Assembly: GCA_976226885.1 (NCBI GenBank)
Contig: OZ320313.1
Span: 38,440,001-38,504,000 of the forward strand
Length of the DNA: 64,000 bases
Direction of reading: 5' to 3'
Source: Iphione sp. A-MEVVRFRX5
Taxonomy: Eukaryota
Position numbers and translations under genes: made by a program. The notes beneath the pieces were generated by a model, which saw only the letters and a list, made by a program, of their open reading frames with translations, did no database searches and had not been told where the DNA came from. Each line of letters opens with the position of its first letter. Positions within the stretch are counted from its first letter, which is position 1. Below, piece by piece: positions 33,185-46,266 of this stretch.

Positions 33185-36100
33185 CTGTAAGGAAAAATAA
33201 AACTTTATTTTAGTTGTCCAAGTTTTTGACCCACGTGCTTGGTCCTGGAGGACATATAGCAGGAAACATTTCTGTGGCGCCTACCCAATGCTTTAGGGTA
33301 TGGTGCTGCCAGCAGCCGTATAACATCCCTTTTGATAATCCCATTCACTCGCATATAATGATGAGGTATACTTCATTGGGCCAGTTGCAGCAAGGTTAGC
33401 TTCCTTTAAGGATGCCCTTGTCATAGGCAGGCAACTATTCATCCTTGTCAAAGTGTTTTCATAGATAAATCTAGCCCTACATTATGCCACATGTCAACAA
33501 AGATGTCTGTTTTGGCATGCAGTATCCAGTTCTACTCTGAATAATGCATTTTTTATCCAATGAAAATTGTTATTTATTGTTCAGAATCTTCCTAAGAATA
33601 AAATCTCTCTGCAACTTTATGTTATTATACTGTATAATCACATGGATTTAATCACCCCGCCTCTGGAATTGAAGGAAAGCTAGTAGAGTATGGTAGACAT
33701 TGACATGACCTCATCCATATTCTTAGAGAGCACAACGGCCTGGCTCTCCGGCCTCCTGCCGTACTCCATGGAGACCCAAGCTTATGGTCTCTCTCTACCT
33801 CCATACCTAAAGAGTCTCCTGGTATTATTTACTCGATAGAACTGTCTTAGTACGATGTGTGTGTAATCTTGCGTATGGACTTGTGTACCTGACAGAGCCA
33901 GATAAGGTCATGTGCCATTAAGTTTTCACCAGCAGAAGCCCGATACTGTTCAACCAAGATTTGGCGTGGTAAAGAATACTTCTCAGTTGGCTGAAAGGTG
34001 TAAACCTGACGCCCGTTTTCCTTATAAATAGTATATGACTCCATTGTGTAGTTCGCTCTTTGACTTGTCATGACCTTAACTTAGACATCCGTCCGTCTCT
34101 CTATATAGGTTACAGTGTTACACACCTCCTACCATTAGCCTTAGGTATCCCAGCGTACGACCGCCACCGCCATCCCACCCACCTGGCCCTGTCCCTGACC
34201 GCTCCCAGCCCCACACACCCCATCTTGATCCCCTTGGCTAAGGAGCTTCTCTGCCAGGGTCACTGCGATAACACAATCATGGCGGGTGTGTGGAGCTGTT
34301 GATGGCTCTGCGCCTTCCGACATCCGCCTCCGACCCACCGCTGTTCATCAGGGTCCGGACCTGGTTCCCGGCGGATGATGTCGGGACGTTATCCGGTGCT
34401 GGATGCTGGTGGTGCCGAGTTTATTGGCGTAGGGAAGTCGTGTAGAAATATATCTGGCACCAACCGCGACTAACACGGTGACCCCTGCAGGTAGCCTGTG
34501 CCTTTTTTCTTCTTCATCTTGATGTATGTCTGTGAATATTCACACTTGGTAATGCTATGTGTCTGTGTGTGTTTAAGTTGTCTCTATACGTATCTGTATT
34601 TGCCGTATTGGTTTGCGTGTGTTTACATGTGTGTATAGCCTTATTGTTAGGGACTGCATTCTGAATGTAAAACTGCCAGTGAAATGCAAGTGATCGAAGG
34701 AGGGAAATTAGGGGACTCTTTATATACATGTATTTTCCCTGTAAAGACCCATACATATCAATTATATATACCCTTTCTAGGTAAGCGTGATGGATTTAAC
34801 TGAACTGTGAAGCTATATATCTGCGAAAGTTCCATGTATGCTAGAAATTGCACTTATGTATGTATTTGCGTATATCTGTGCACATTACACTGTCTACGTC
34901 CACGTCCCCCCGAGGGATATATTTACATATGCTTGATTCATGGCGGAGTTTGACTTCGGGGACCTAGCTGGTTTTTAGCATTTGTGAAACACGACCGAAT
35001 AGGAAGGGAAAAGCGCAATTTGTCATAGCCATAGACGGAATGCAAAAACACTTGCTATACAAGAGGGCTGTTCCGTTAGGTGCCATCGTGATTCGGAGGC
35101 AGACTGGCAAGAGATTTTTTAAAAATAACCCGCTCCATCTTCTTTGTTTCAAAATGTACATGGCTTTTTATTTATTATCTCTAGTGTAGAATAGTTAGTG
35201 CTCCATGGCCATTTCAGCATCATGCTAAATTAGCTTTAATGGGAACCATTAGGATATTCTCTCTGAATCGAATGTTGGGAGACGATGTGGTTACACAAGA
35301 CCAGAGCTGATTGAAGGAATAGCAGAAACAGTGACAAAGACAGATATGTACAGGGGAAAATAAGGAAGAGGAGAGAAGAGATGTGAACAGAGACGGATGT
35401 GATAGACTATGAAACCACAGAAACCAGAGAGAAAATAAACGAGAGATAAACGGAAGATGGTGGAGAGGGTAGAGAGTCGGAAAGAGAGAGAGAGAGAGTG
35501 TGTGGGGGTTTAGTGGAAGGAAATTGGAAGATTGAGTAAAAGGCGACGAAAAGAAAAGCAGATAGAAAGGGGAAAGAGGAGGTGAAATGTACTAAATTCA
35601 AATTAGATGTTTATACGTGTCTAAAGGGCTTTGTTTTGGATGTTAACACCCTCTTGTTCTGTGCCATACGTACAATTACCAACCGCGATTCGGTATCCAC
35701 ATTTAATACTGAAATAAGAATTGTTACAACCCAATTACTTTCTGTCTAGACTTTGACAAGCCCAACACTACTGCTCGTAAACTCATTGTTATGCTTTTCT
35801 ACTAATCATGTCGTCAACCTTCTCCGAAGAAGCCCTTTGGGCTCATTAGCCAAGAAACCGTCTCCACCTCAGCAGTTCATCACCATAGGGAGTGCAGCAC
35901 AGTCTGCTGTTTCCCACCATCATATGCTAACCGCCTCTAACTGCCTGCTCCAGCCCCACCTCCCACCCCATCCACACCCACAGCCTCTCCAGCCGTCCCC
36001 CTCCCCCCATCGAGCAAGAGTGTCATCGGAGGAGCGTTTTGTCAAAATAATTTTCCGTCGTGTGCGTTTCTGACACACGATTCCGGCTCAAGAGGACGCC

Positions 36101-36502
36101 ATCTTGGCGGTACCTAATTATTGTTCAGGCAGCCATGCAGGCAATTTGTTTTTGCTTTAGTTCCCACACAGAATAGAAATCTCTTGCACTGTTTCGGTAG
36201 CGTTGATTTTTCGGCTGGTTATCCCACCTCCCCCTTCCGCCTCCGGCCCATTTTGGTCGTCTTCCACCTTCCACTACACCTGTCCACCTACCAATTCTAT
36301 TTCCATCCATCTGCTAAGCTTTTACTGTACATGTCTAACTGTTCCTCCTAAAGAAAGAGCCTTGCAACTTTACGTAAACGGACAGCCAAGGCCTTCGCCA
36401 AGAATGGTATATGATTTAAACCTTCCTCCTATAACTCTACGATTCGCTGGCCCAATCAAGAGGATTTGGTCCCCTGATGAATAACCTGAAGAACAATAAC
36501 AA

Positions 36503-36505
<3 letters not shown>

Positions 36506-36534
<29 letters not shown>
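36506..36534. repeat. (GA)n microsatellite
   Basis: Direct reading. Confidence 0.95.
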
Positions 36535-36539
<5 letters not shown>

Positions 36540-39500
36540 GTACATGTATGCAAGTGAGCATGTATGTATTGTGTACGCAAAAAATTGATGCATGTACCCA
36601 TGCTTGTGCATACAATGTATTTGTCGATGTAGAGCATTCTGCATATGTATGCATTTATGGGTACGTCTACCTATGCAATTATGAATGTAGAAAAAGAGAA
36701 GTTAATTCCTAGGTTTGAATCACGAGAAAGGCAGAAAATGGCATCTCGCAACGTGAAAACACACTGAAATGATACGATGTAGACTGATTGCGGGAAATGA
36801 GGTGCTCGGGGATCACATGGGCTTGTTGTGCGAGAGCGAGAGAGGGGATGCAGGGATGGTTTTTACGTATGTGGCGACGCCACTGTACTGTCAAGGTCTG
36901 CTACTAGCATTTACATGTATATTAGATTACATAATCATTTGTCTGTTTAGTCTTCTTTATATAGACCTCTGCGTACATGCATTTTACGTTGTATTCATAT
37001 CTCAAAGTAACTTTTCGTCCCACAAATAATCCACATATATTTGTTAGTCCTACCTGTTCGATACCCGTAGATAGCAAGGCCTTGTTCGCTTTTCTGTCCT
37101 TACCGCCTCTTAAGGCATCTTCGAAGTTTCTGAGCATTCCTGTCCCTCTCGCTTTCTGTCGATAATACAACTTTTCCATATCTATCACTGTCGCTTCCTG
37201 CTCCCACTATGTCATCTCTTTTATTTGCGCATGTTTTATTCTGTTATCCGTTTCTTCGTCCAATGGTGATTATCCTCCACCTTTTGCAGTTTTTTTTTAA
37301 ATGTAACACATTCTTTCTATACTCTCTTTTGTGCTGGTCTTCATTTTCCAGTATTGGTCAGTCTCCTGGCCTTCCCAGCTCTCTAAATTTCATCTTTTCA
37401 TCCTTTGCATAGATCTATTAGTTCATTTAGATCATCTTATTCCGTATAACAGTGTTTGCCTTCGCCATCACGCCTTTAACGTTAGCTATATATAAATGAT
37501 AAAACATTATCTGGTATAACTGCTGACACAAATGAACCATTTATGCCCCAGTTAATCCCTCTGTCAGACGGAGAACGGTGTATGCTTGAGACATTGGGAG
37601 ATATTCTCTCCAGTGCAATATACATGTAGTAAAGTCGCAAGATGGAGGTGGGTTTGAGGGAGGGGCCTTTGGGAGCCTTTCCCACGTTCTAGGGTGCTAT
37701 GAATGCATAATCTATGGGCACTCAGGCGATCTGATCGGCTCTTATGAATATATAATCTACATAGATTAACATTGGCTAATCCTCTTACCAGGCGGCAAGG
37801 CATGGAGGCGACGAACGCCCGACATCCAATCACAATCGATCTGTGCCGGCTCGGGGCGCCTTGCTTAGAGGTGGGAGGGTAGCATAGGGGAGGGGGGCTA
37901 TGGACACTAACTGGTGGGTAAATATATGGCTTGTTATTGAATCAATGGGAAAGGGTGATGGATGCAGCTATACGGGAAAGAGAAGGAAGGAGACATAAGA
38001 GAAGTGGTTATCTGTGATAGATTGATGGGGGAAAATAATTAGCCAGTGATGATGGTGAGATATGATGGGAAGAGACAGACACACCAAGAGAGAAATATGT
38101 TGACAGGAGGCAGGAAATATGGGAATTGACTAAAAGGAGACAATGGTAGACAAGAGAAAACGGTCCCTTACTATCTCTAATAAATTTCCCTAGTTCAGTG
38201 TACATTCACTTAGCAACAGGGATGTGTGCATAGGCAATAAGGAGGGGAAACAGATTTATAGGAAAAGGGACAGAAACAGGCGCTTGGCGCCAACTATGAA
38301 AGAAAGAGAATGTACCCCGAGTCCTCGCTCAGGTTTTCATGTGACGCCACCTAGGCAGATTTACTAGTGTAATAGTTCTTCCTCATACCTAAGGGCATAT
38401 AGGGATTTCACAGTTACATTAGGGAGTTTCAACGGAGCCAATATCTCTTATTTCCTTCAAGAATAATTAGCTTACTGCGAAAAAATCAAATAAAATAGAA
38501 ATTAATGTCATTCACTATGAGCAGTGCGGAGGAGACCAGGGCGGGTCAGCTGTGTAGGCGAGGTGGTCCTGCAGGCAGCGGTTGTTTTATTTTCACTGGT
38601 TCCCCGCTTTCACCCGCTTCCCAAACCGTCATCCTCAGGCTGGTGGAACACAATGTGGAGGCTTCGTGAGATGTAAGGATGACGTCACTTCTTCGAGAGA
38701 CAATGGTTGTAGGGATCTTTGCGGTTAATCCCCATTGCGAACAAGATGGCGCTGAGGAAGGGGGATGGGCTGAATGTCAGCGGCGGGATGGTATTGGGGG
38801 TGGGGGAAGAAGGAGTAGTAAGGTTAGACTCTTGGGCCTAGTTGACATTACATGCCAGTAGGGGCGAAGTTGTATCGCTAGAGGGCGCTGGTGGTTACGT
38901 CATCAAGACCCGGACGAATGAGACTGTGCTTTCTCTAGGACAGGTCTAAAGCAAGGGGTACAGAAAAGGGCCTTCTTGGTTGGTATCAGTAGGTGTATCG
39001 TCGGAGAGAATAGCGCAAATGGGAGAAAGGAAGGAGGAGTCGACACACACGAAAGTAAGACGGAATAGTGATGGGTGCCTAAGAGGGAGAGAAGGTGAGC
39101 GCAGGCTGGTAGACGGGAGAGGTGACGGTGAAGGGACAGTTCGTGGTAGGAAGGTATGGAGCAGGGAAAATATGCCAGAGAAGCAAGAGCATGCGAGGGG
39201 AAATGTATAAACACAAGCTCATTCGGATATGGACGGAGAGGTCGATAGAAACATAATGAGTTTATATGAGTAAGCAACAGAGAGACAGATGCATGAGGAA
39301 TACGTTGGAGTAGAAGGACAGACCATAAAAAGCACGAGAGAAAATGAGAAAGGAACATATATATAGAGAGAGAGGAACAAAAAGAGCGAGAGAATGAGAG
39401 AGGGGGAGAATAAGGAGAGGGAGAAATGAAAGATTGAGAAGAGGCTGCGGTAGAAGGTAAACATGAAATATGAAGAGGGAGAAAGAGAAATAACACTTGT

Positions 39501-40401
39501 TAGAACAGCTTAGACAGAACGACGACAAACTGGCACAAAGAGGTTGGGAGAGGAAGGGGGATAATACGAGAAGACGATCGATGTATGATGGAGAGAGGAA
39601 GAGTGTTTTGAGGAGGAAGTACTAAGGTAGCATTGGAATCATTAGGGTATACTTGAAGAGGAAAAGAGCAGTGTGATCACGATTAAAAGAGAGACCTACA
39701 AAAAGAAATGGTTGTCGCCGGTGAGAAACAAGAGACTGAGAACACAACAGAACTAGTATGCAAATCGGGCTCTCTCTAGCCAGGTAGGCGGTGGCCAGCA
39801 AGCAGGGGCCGAATCTGCTTACTGTGACGGAGGTGGGAGTTGGCATTTCGTTTTGGTAGTGCGTGGGGGTGAACCAAACACAACTGCCTTTCTTACATGG
39901 CTTCAATTTGAAGATCATTACTGTTAGCACCGACGCAATAACTACAAATTACACTTCAAATGGTACAGGGTTAATACTATTTGCTTGATGGTGATTGGAC
40001 CATGACGTAGTAAACCCTGTCCTTCTGAGGCTCGCTTGTAATTTCATTGCAAATCCTGATTGCGAAGTTGATTAATGCAGATTCCAACAATTATTTCGAA
40101 CTGCTGTGATTATCCTGGAAGCACACGTTTATTACTTGAAATTCCATTAAGATTAACTTGCGAGGACAACAAGAGATATACTTTTACAATTATTTCCGAA
40201 TCTTTAAAAGTGATAATTCATGATCTTACATGTTGAAGTCTTAAATTACATCGGGCATGGTTAGTTTAAGAATTTGTAATAAATTCACGTAGCAAACACT
40301 TTCTGATAACATTAAGTAGTAAATTCTATCATATGCTGACATGGTTACGTACATGATTATTTCGTAATCTGACATGGCTATGTGGCAAATACCTTTAATA
40401 A

Positions 40402-40755
40402 GGCCAAAAAAAAATAGGTGTGTTTCTGGTAACCCACCCCTACCTAGTAAAACCTCACCCTACCTAAACATTTTTTGGCCCCAAAGAGTTTCCAAGGTTG
40501 AATCTCCTTAGGTATGTGTTTTCACGGTGCATATTTTTGATAAATTCAGTAGAAAAACAACAAAATCCATCGAAATTCAACAAAAAACTGTAAAACTCAT
40601 GCAAATTGATCAAAATTCTTCATATTGTCTTTATTATTATTGAAAATCAGAGGAAGAAAGTGGGAAAAAAATTTTAAAATAAAAAAGATACCCCCTCTCC
40701 CTACCTAGGTTTTTAGCTGGTCATTACCAGAAACACACGTATTTTTTGGGGGGCC
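40402..40755. mobile_element. PIF/Harbinger-like MITE (354 bp)
   Basis: TAA on both sides (40399-40401, 40756-40758). TIRs GGCCAAAAAAAAATAGGTGTGTTTCTGGTAA and, as reverse complement, GGCCCCCCAAAAAATACGTGTGTTTCTGGTAA. Three internal CCCTACCTA motifs; no ORF. Confidence 0.8.
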
Positions 40756-43700
40756 TAACTGAAAATGTTAGACACATAATTTGATAATCTAGCATAATTA
40801 TGTTTCAAAGAATTTCACTGCCCCATATAGGCTAACAATTTTAGAAAACACGAATGCATATATACAATGATAATTTCAACAATCCCTAAAGAAATCCGGA
40901 TATAGTACGGGCCACTGCAGGCATCAAACAGAATTAGTGCAATACCAGGCAGCTCGGGGAAGTAGTTTTTTCCAGTCTTACCACTGGGCCAGCTGCCGAC
41001 GTCACTCAACGATATTACGTAGTTTGGCGGATGGACGTGACCAAGAAGAGAAAACACAGTTACCATTTAAAGGGTTATTGTACAACAAGAATAATATCCA
41101 TGACCCTGCCAAACAGAAGCCAGTTTCAACGGTCCGAAGAAATAGTGAAGTTTCTTTCCTGAAGTTACAGATACAAAACTACATGTATATCCCAAATATA
41201 GATTCTCCTGTACGCATACCTCATGCTTTTGAATTCACACAGCCAAATATGCCAGATTTTAAGAGAACAGAATATTTCGAGACACATGTGTTTTCTTGTA
41301 GAGATGTGTTGGGGCTTTAGCACGATTGAAGCCTGGGCGCGGGGACAGCGGGTGACAATGTATTGGATAGAGCCAAGGCACACTATTTCTTCTGTAACCT
41401 TGTACCCTGCTCTGGAGAGTTGAGCAAGTATTTTCAATCTTGGAGATGACATCAGTCAAGACCCTAACAAGTCTTGTTTCTTTCTGTCAGTATGTTGGAC
41501 GCAAATATGGTGTAAACAAGCCTTTTTGCTTGATTTTGTAACTAATTATTAGTTTTCGTATATCTAGATACATGTACATAAATACTGGTATACAAAGTAT
41601 TGTAGCTTACTTCTGTCTGCATTAACCCACTTCAGAATATTAGAACACCACGGTACAAGCAATGATCATAGAAGATAAACCTAGAGCTACGCATCCAATA
41701 TTGACACAACTACTTGTACACTGATCCATGACAGGATACCCCGTGCCCCTAGACTCCCCCACTCCAACCTCCAGGCCATGTCAGTCTCCAGCCCTTCACT
41801 TTTAACTCCTCCCCTCCAGTCTGCATCGGCTGATATCCTTTCAGCTACCTTATCCTGTCTACAAGCACGGACATGTCAATACAGTGACATTTGCCGCTGT
41901 GATACCTCAACACCAGCGGGCGATAATAGATTGGTGTGGTGGGGTTGGTGCAGGGCTTCATAACACCAGCTGTCGGGAGCTGGTTCCATGTTGACCTGTT
42001 CTAGCAAAGACTCTAATATCACGCCATTTCTAATAAAGATGTTATGATTCCAATCAAGAATTACCGCCACTATTGATAAGTATAAGTTTTGTAAGAATGC
42101 TATGATATACTTTATTTACTTACATAGTATTATGTGGTTGATGAACTATAAGGGGTGAATATTACCCCACCTACCTCCTATGATATGGTGTCAGTTATGT
42201 TGTACACACATTAAAACAAGTGTTTCATTTTAGATATTAACATGACCATTTTAACATTGCATTTTATACAAAAGTAATTATTTCTCTTTTCTTGTATATT
42301 TCAGGTATGTAACCACCGTTCAGCCAACACAGTGGAGGGTAATGTAGTTTTATTTCCAAAACATATTTATAGCATTTATATACTATACTATATTACATAC
42401 ATTGATATACCTAAATTTGTATTTTCATCGATTATTCCTTTCTTTCTCCAAATACAACTAATCATATCGAGTTGAAGGAAAACATTGTATTGGTGAGAAG
42501 TACATGAATTATAGATGGATTGATTTGAAAGCTAGGTAGGATCAGCTTTGGGTTGATATTGTGAGCTGACATTTTTCCTTTTATCTGCCGTCCGTGTGAA
42601 TATTAGTGCCGCGGTTTCACTGCCGACATTTAAGCCTGCTATACAAGAAGGGCATGAACTGTGTTTCCCATATCTATTCATCTCATCCAGGCATATTTTT
42701 CTATATTTTCTTTAATATCTGGAGGCAATTTGAAGAACAACTGGAATTATTTCCAGCAGTCTCAAAAGAGAACCGAAGCCACTGATATTTAATATACAAG
42801 AACCAGTAGCGGACAACTGTCCACTACATAAAGCGATGTCTTCCTTGCCTGCGTTCCCAAGCCACTTATTGGTGCTTCTTGCAGTATTATTTCATTTTCC
42901 TTTTTAGAGGCCACTGCCGGCTTCATTGCTCCTTTTGAGCGCCCTCTATAGCTTCCCTCAAAAGGGGAACCTGCCTCATAGCGCCTCGCTTCATCTCCTT
43001 TGGAGAGATCCCCAGGCTCCCCCACGAGAGGCGCGCCTGTCGCTCCTCTTCTCTAAAACGGCATCCAATCACGATGAAGTTTCCCGCCGCTAGCAGCCGT
43101 ATCTATTTCTGTCATTGTCTGTCTGTCAGTCTCTAGTCTGTCTCTCCTTCTCTCGCTCACGCTCTCATTCCTTCACTGTGCAGGTGTCTCCCCCCCCAAT
43201 CCCCTGGTTTCTCTGCCCATTGTTGTGCCTCGCACACTACCTCACCGCCCATCCCTTCTGTGTCTCCCATTAATTCCTCTTTTTTTCATCACTCACTTCT
43301 GTGGCTCTTTCTGTCATCCTGGTTTAAATGTTTGCAGTCTATTGGTATGTCCCGATTCTCATTTCATTTCGTTCATTGTTGCCCAAATCTCATACTTTCC
43401 GTTTCACCTTGTCTTAAGCCCAGTTTCCATGTCTCTGAAAGGTTCTCTGTAGTACAGAGCACATGCTCCCCCAAAAAATGACCTCATTGTTTTTAACAGA
43501 GTGTTCCATGTGTATGTGCTCTGTGCTCCATGCTCTGTGTCTGGAGCGATCGGGAGACCCCAAACAGGCCATGTTCGTTTTTTTTCCGCACCACAGAGGT
43601 GCACAGATGAGTAGCATAATGAAATGGTTCTTTAAAGAAGGAGTAACACTCTGTAGCATATGTTACATGGTGTGAACATATTTTGCAATTTGCATATCAT

Positions 43701-46217
43701 TTGCATAAAAACCACACAATTTCTACCAATATGCCTCAGCCTCAATGAAAAACCTCACATTTTCTACCGATATGCCTCAACCTCCATGAAAATCTCTCTC
43801 CCTTCCAACCTGTCTCTCTCTCTCCCTCCCTCCCTCTCTCTATCACTCATGTACGTGGAAACTGGGCAGCGATGTTTGTGTAGAAAAATGGCTAATTTTC
43901 CACACTAACACGGAGTACAGAAAAAAACATGTACATATGGAAACTGGGCCTTACTTGTGTCCTTCAGCCATCACTCATACATTCTCTCATGGTGCATATC
44001 TATCTGTCTCCCACTGTCGATGTCTGTCATTTTCGCTGCTCCCCCTTTTCCTACCTTATGAACGCCGTTCTAGATGCCCTACTACCTTTCCACAAGTGCC
44101 AAGCAACCAGTGGAAAGGCCTTTGTTTGGTTTTCTGGTTCTCTCCTTTTCTTTCATTCCCATCTTCATCTCTGTCGCTCCATCTCTCTCTCACCTTTCAC
44201 AAACCAACAACCTTCAAGACTTGTGGCTTCTCAGGCCTAACCATATTGGTCGCAGTGGTGGTTGCGGTGCTTCCTGGATCTGTCTTTCTCTCATGAATAA
44301 CCTCTCACAGATGACTGTAAAAGACTGCCCATGGTTCTTTTTCATTTTCAATAATCTTAAATTTTGGCTGGCTCACTGTAATCAAAGGAGTTATCTTTCT
44401 AAAGAATATGACAACAGAATAGAGGCATAGACACGCCCTACGACATAACGAAAACAAACACCATTCCGTTCAGATTGCTTGATGAAAAGCGAGTAGAAAT
44501 ATGACCGGTGATTCCCGTTTTTTCGTCCTTTATCTGACATTGGACACTATGAAAAAAGTCTTTATTGGAATGTTGTCAATGAAAACTCAAATAAACCCCG
44601 TTGCCAAGAAGCTCCTGTCACCGACGTCATTTTACCGGAATGGCTGAGATTTATTAATCCATGAAACCTGAGAGTATTCTTTTTATTTTCAGAGCCTTAT
44701 CCCTGGCTGTGATTTAGTGTTGTGACCTAAACATACATCATCATTCTCCCATGGTGGGTCTCCCCCTGCCAGTCAATATGTTGCCTTCTCCTCCTTCCTA
44801 CGACTAGATCTCTGTCTTTTCTTTTTTCTTTCTCTTTTCTCTCTATCACTCACCTCCCTCCTCCCTCCCCAGCTTTCTCTCCGTCTCTGTCACTCTATCT
44901 CTCTCTTAATCGTTCGCTCTGCCGTAGGAATTGTGACATGTAGACGTTTTTGTCCACGTCATAAGGGAAGCCTATCCCTTCCTTTGAGAAGAGGGCAAGG
45001 GTACCGTCACGTGGTCTACCACAGCATACAACGCCCGCTTTTTCAATGGTTAATGAAACGATGCGTCAAAAGGCCTTCTATAACGGTCTAACACCCTGTC
45101 ACAACTGTTTAGTCCGCAAGACAAAGGTAACTGTAGCTCAGATATAGGCAGGTTAGACAATAGTCAAACAACATTTAAGTGAAAGCATATGTGCAGGTCT
45201 CTTCATGTCCTGTATATTTTATAGCACATGCTTGTATATCATTAGTCACCTTTTTTCATCGAAAAAAAAGGACAGAATAGATGCATATCTTCTCTCGAGG
45301 TATGTATTGAATGTGCATTCCCCTGTATACCCAGACCTTTCAAGTTATTATTCCCCCTCATGTGGCTCTGAAATAGTTTTCCAGCCTTCTCTGATGGACT
45401 ATATGCACACTGTCGCTCCCTTTCTTTCTCGTCGAGCTATAACAGGGTAGGCTAGTTAGATAAGGGCGGTCCCGGCGCTTATCGTCTTTATGCTCCCCGA
45501 TAAAATTGTCACCCTATCCTTTCCTGCAAGAGGCCTGTCGATAAGAACATATAACAGATTGAGATAAGTAATAGAGCAGTAGTTGAGACGATTGCCAAGT
45601 GAGAATTGGAATTCGATTGTGTGCCTTTACAGTAGAAAAAAGGACTTCTGGCTCTCCGCACTTGAGATTCGTATTATAATGGAACCAGCTGTCCTCGGAG
45701 ACGCACCCTAGCATAGAATGATATGGTCGCAGTTCTCAACAATATAGCTCATGGAAGACAAATGATAGAAGATTTTATCAGACACTCATTATACCATACG
45801 CATACGCTCAGATTCTCCTCACCCCTTTAAAATATTTCATTTGTATTCATTATATGTACGTGTTATTTTTGTCGCCTGTTGACACCTCACTTGATTTATA
45901 TTTGAATGTGTCTTTTTATGAAAATGTATCATGTTGATGTTAAAAGTTAAATGTTCACACTAGCTCTCGAAACCTACAAGGTTTGGCACTTAATTATTGC
46001 ATTAGTCAGGTTTATCTTCCTGTTTTCACACTTATGCTTTGATCATGTACATATCATGTACTTCAAAACCTTTAAAATCTTTACACCAAGGCAGAATAAA
46101 CCCTCCACATTTTTGTACTATTTCTGCTATGGCAACGTATAAAACCTGAAAACATAAATCAGTTTCTTTCAAAATCCACAAAAAGAACTGGTATGTTACG
46201 AATAGTAGAGCCTTTCT

Positions 46218-46219
<2 letters not shown>

Positions 46220-46262
<43 letters not shown>
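46220..46262. repeat. (TC)n microsatellite
   Basis: Direct reading, about 21 units. Confidence 0.95.

Positions 46263-46266
<4 letters not shown>

Noticed and set aside
38903-39496. 197-aa minus-strand ORF and similar Leu/Ser/Phe/Pro-rich ORFs (113-421, 43929-44296)
   Set aside because: They come from CT-rich low-complexity tracts that lack stop codons; no credible protein.
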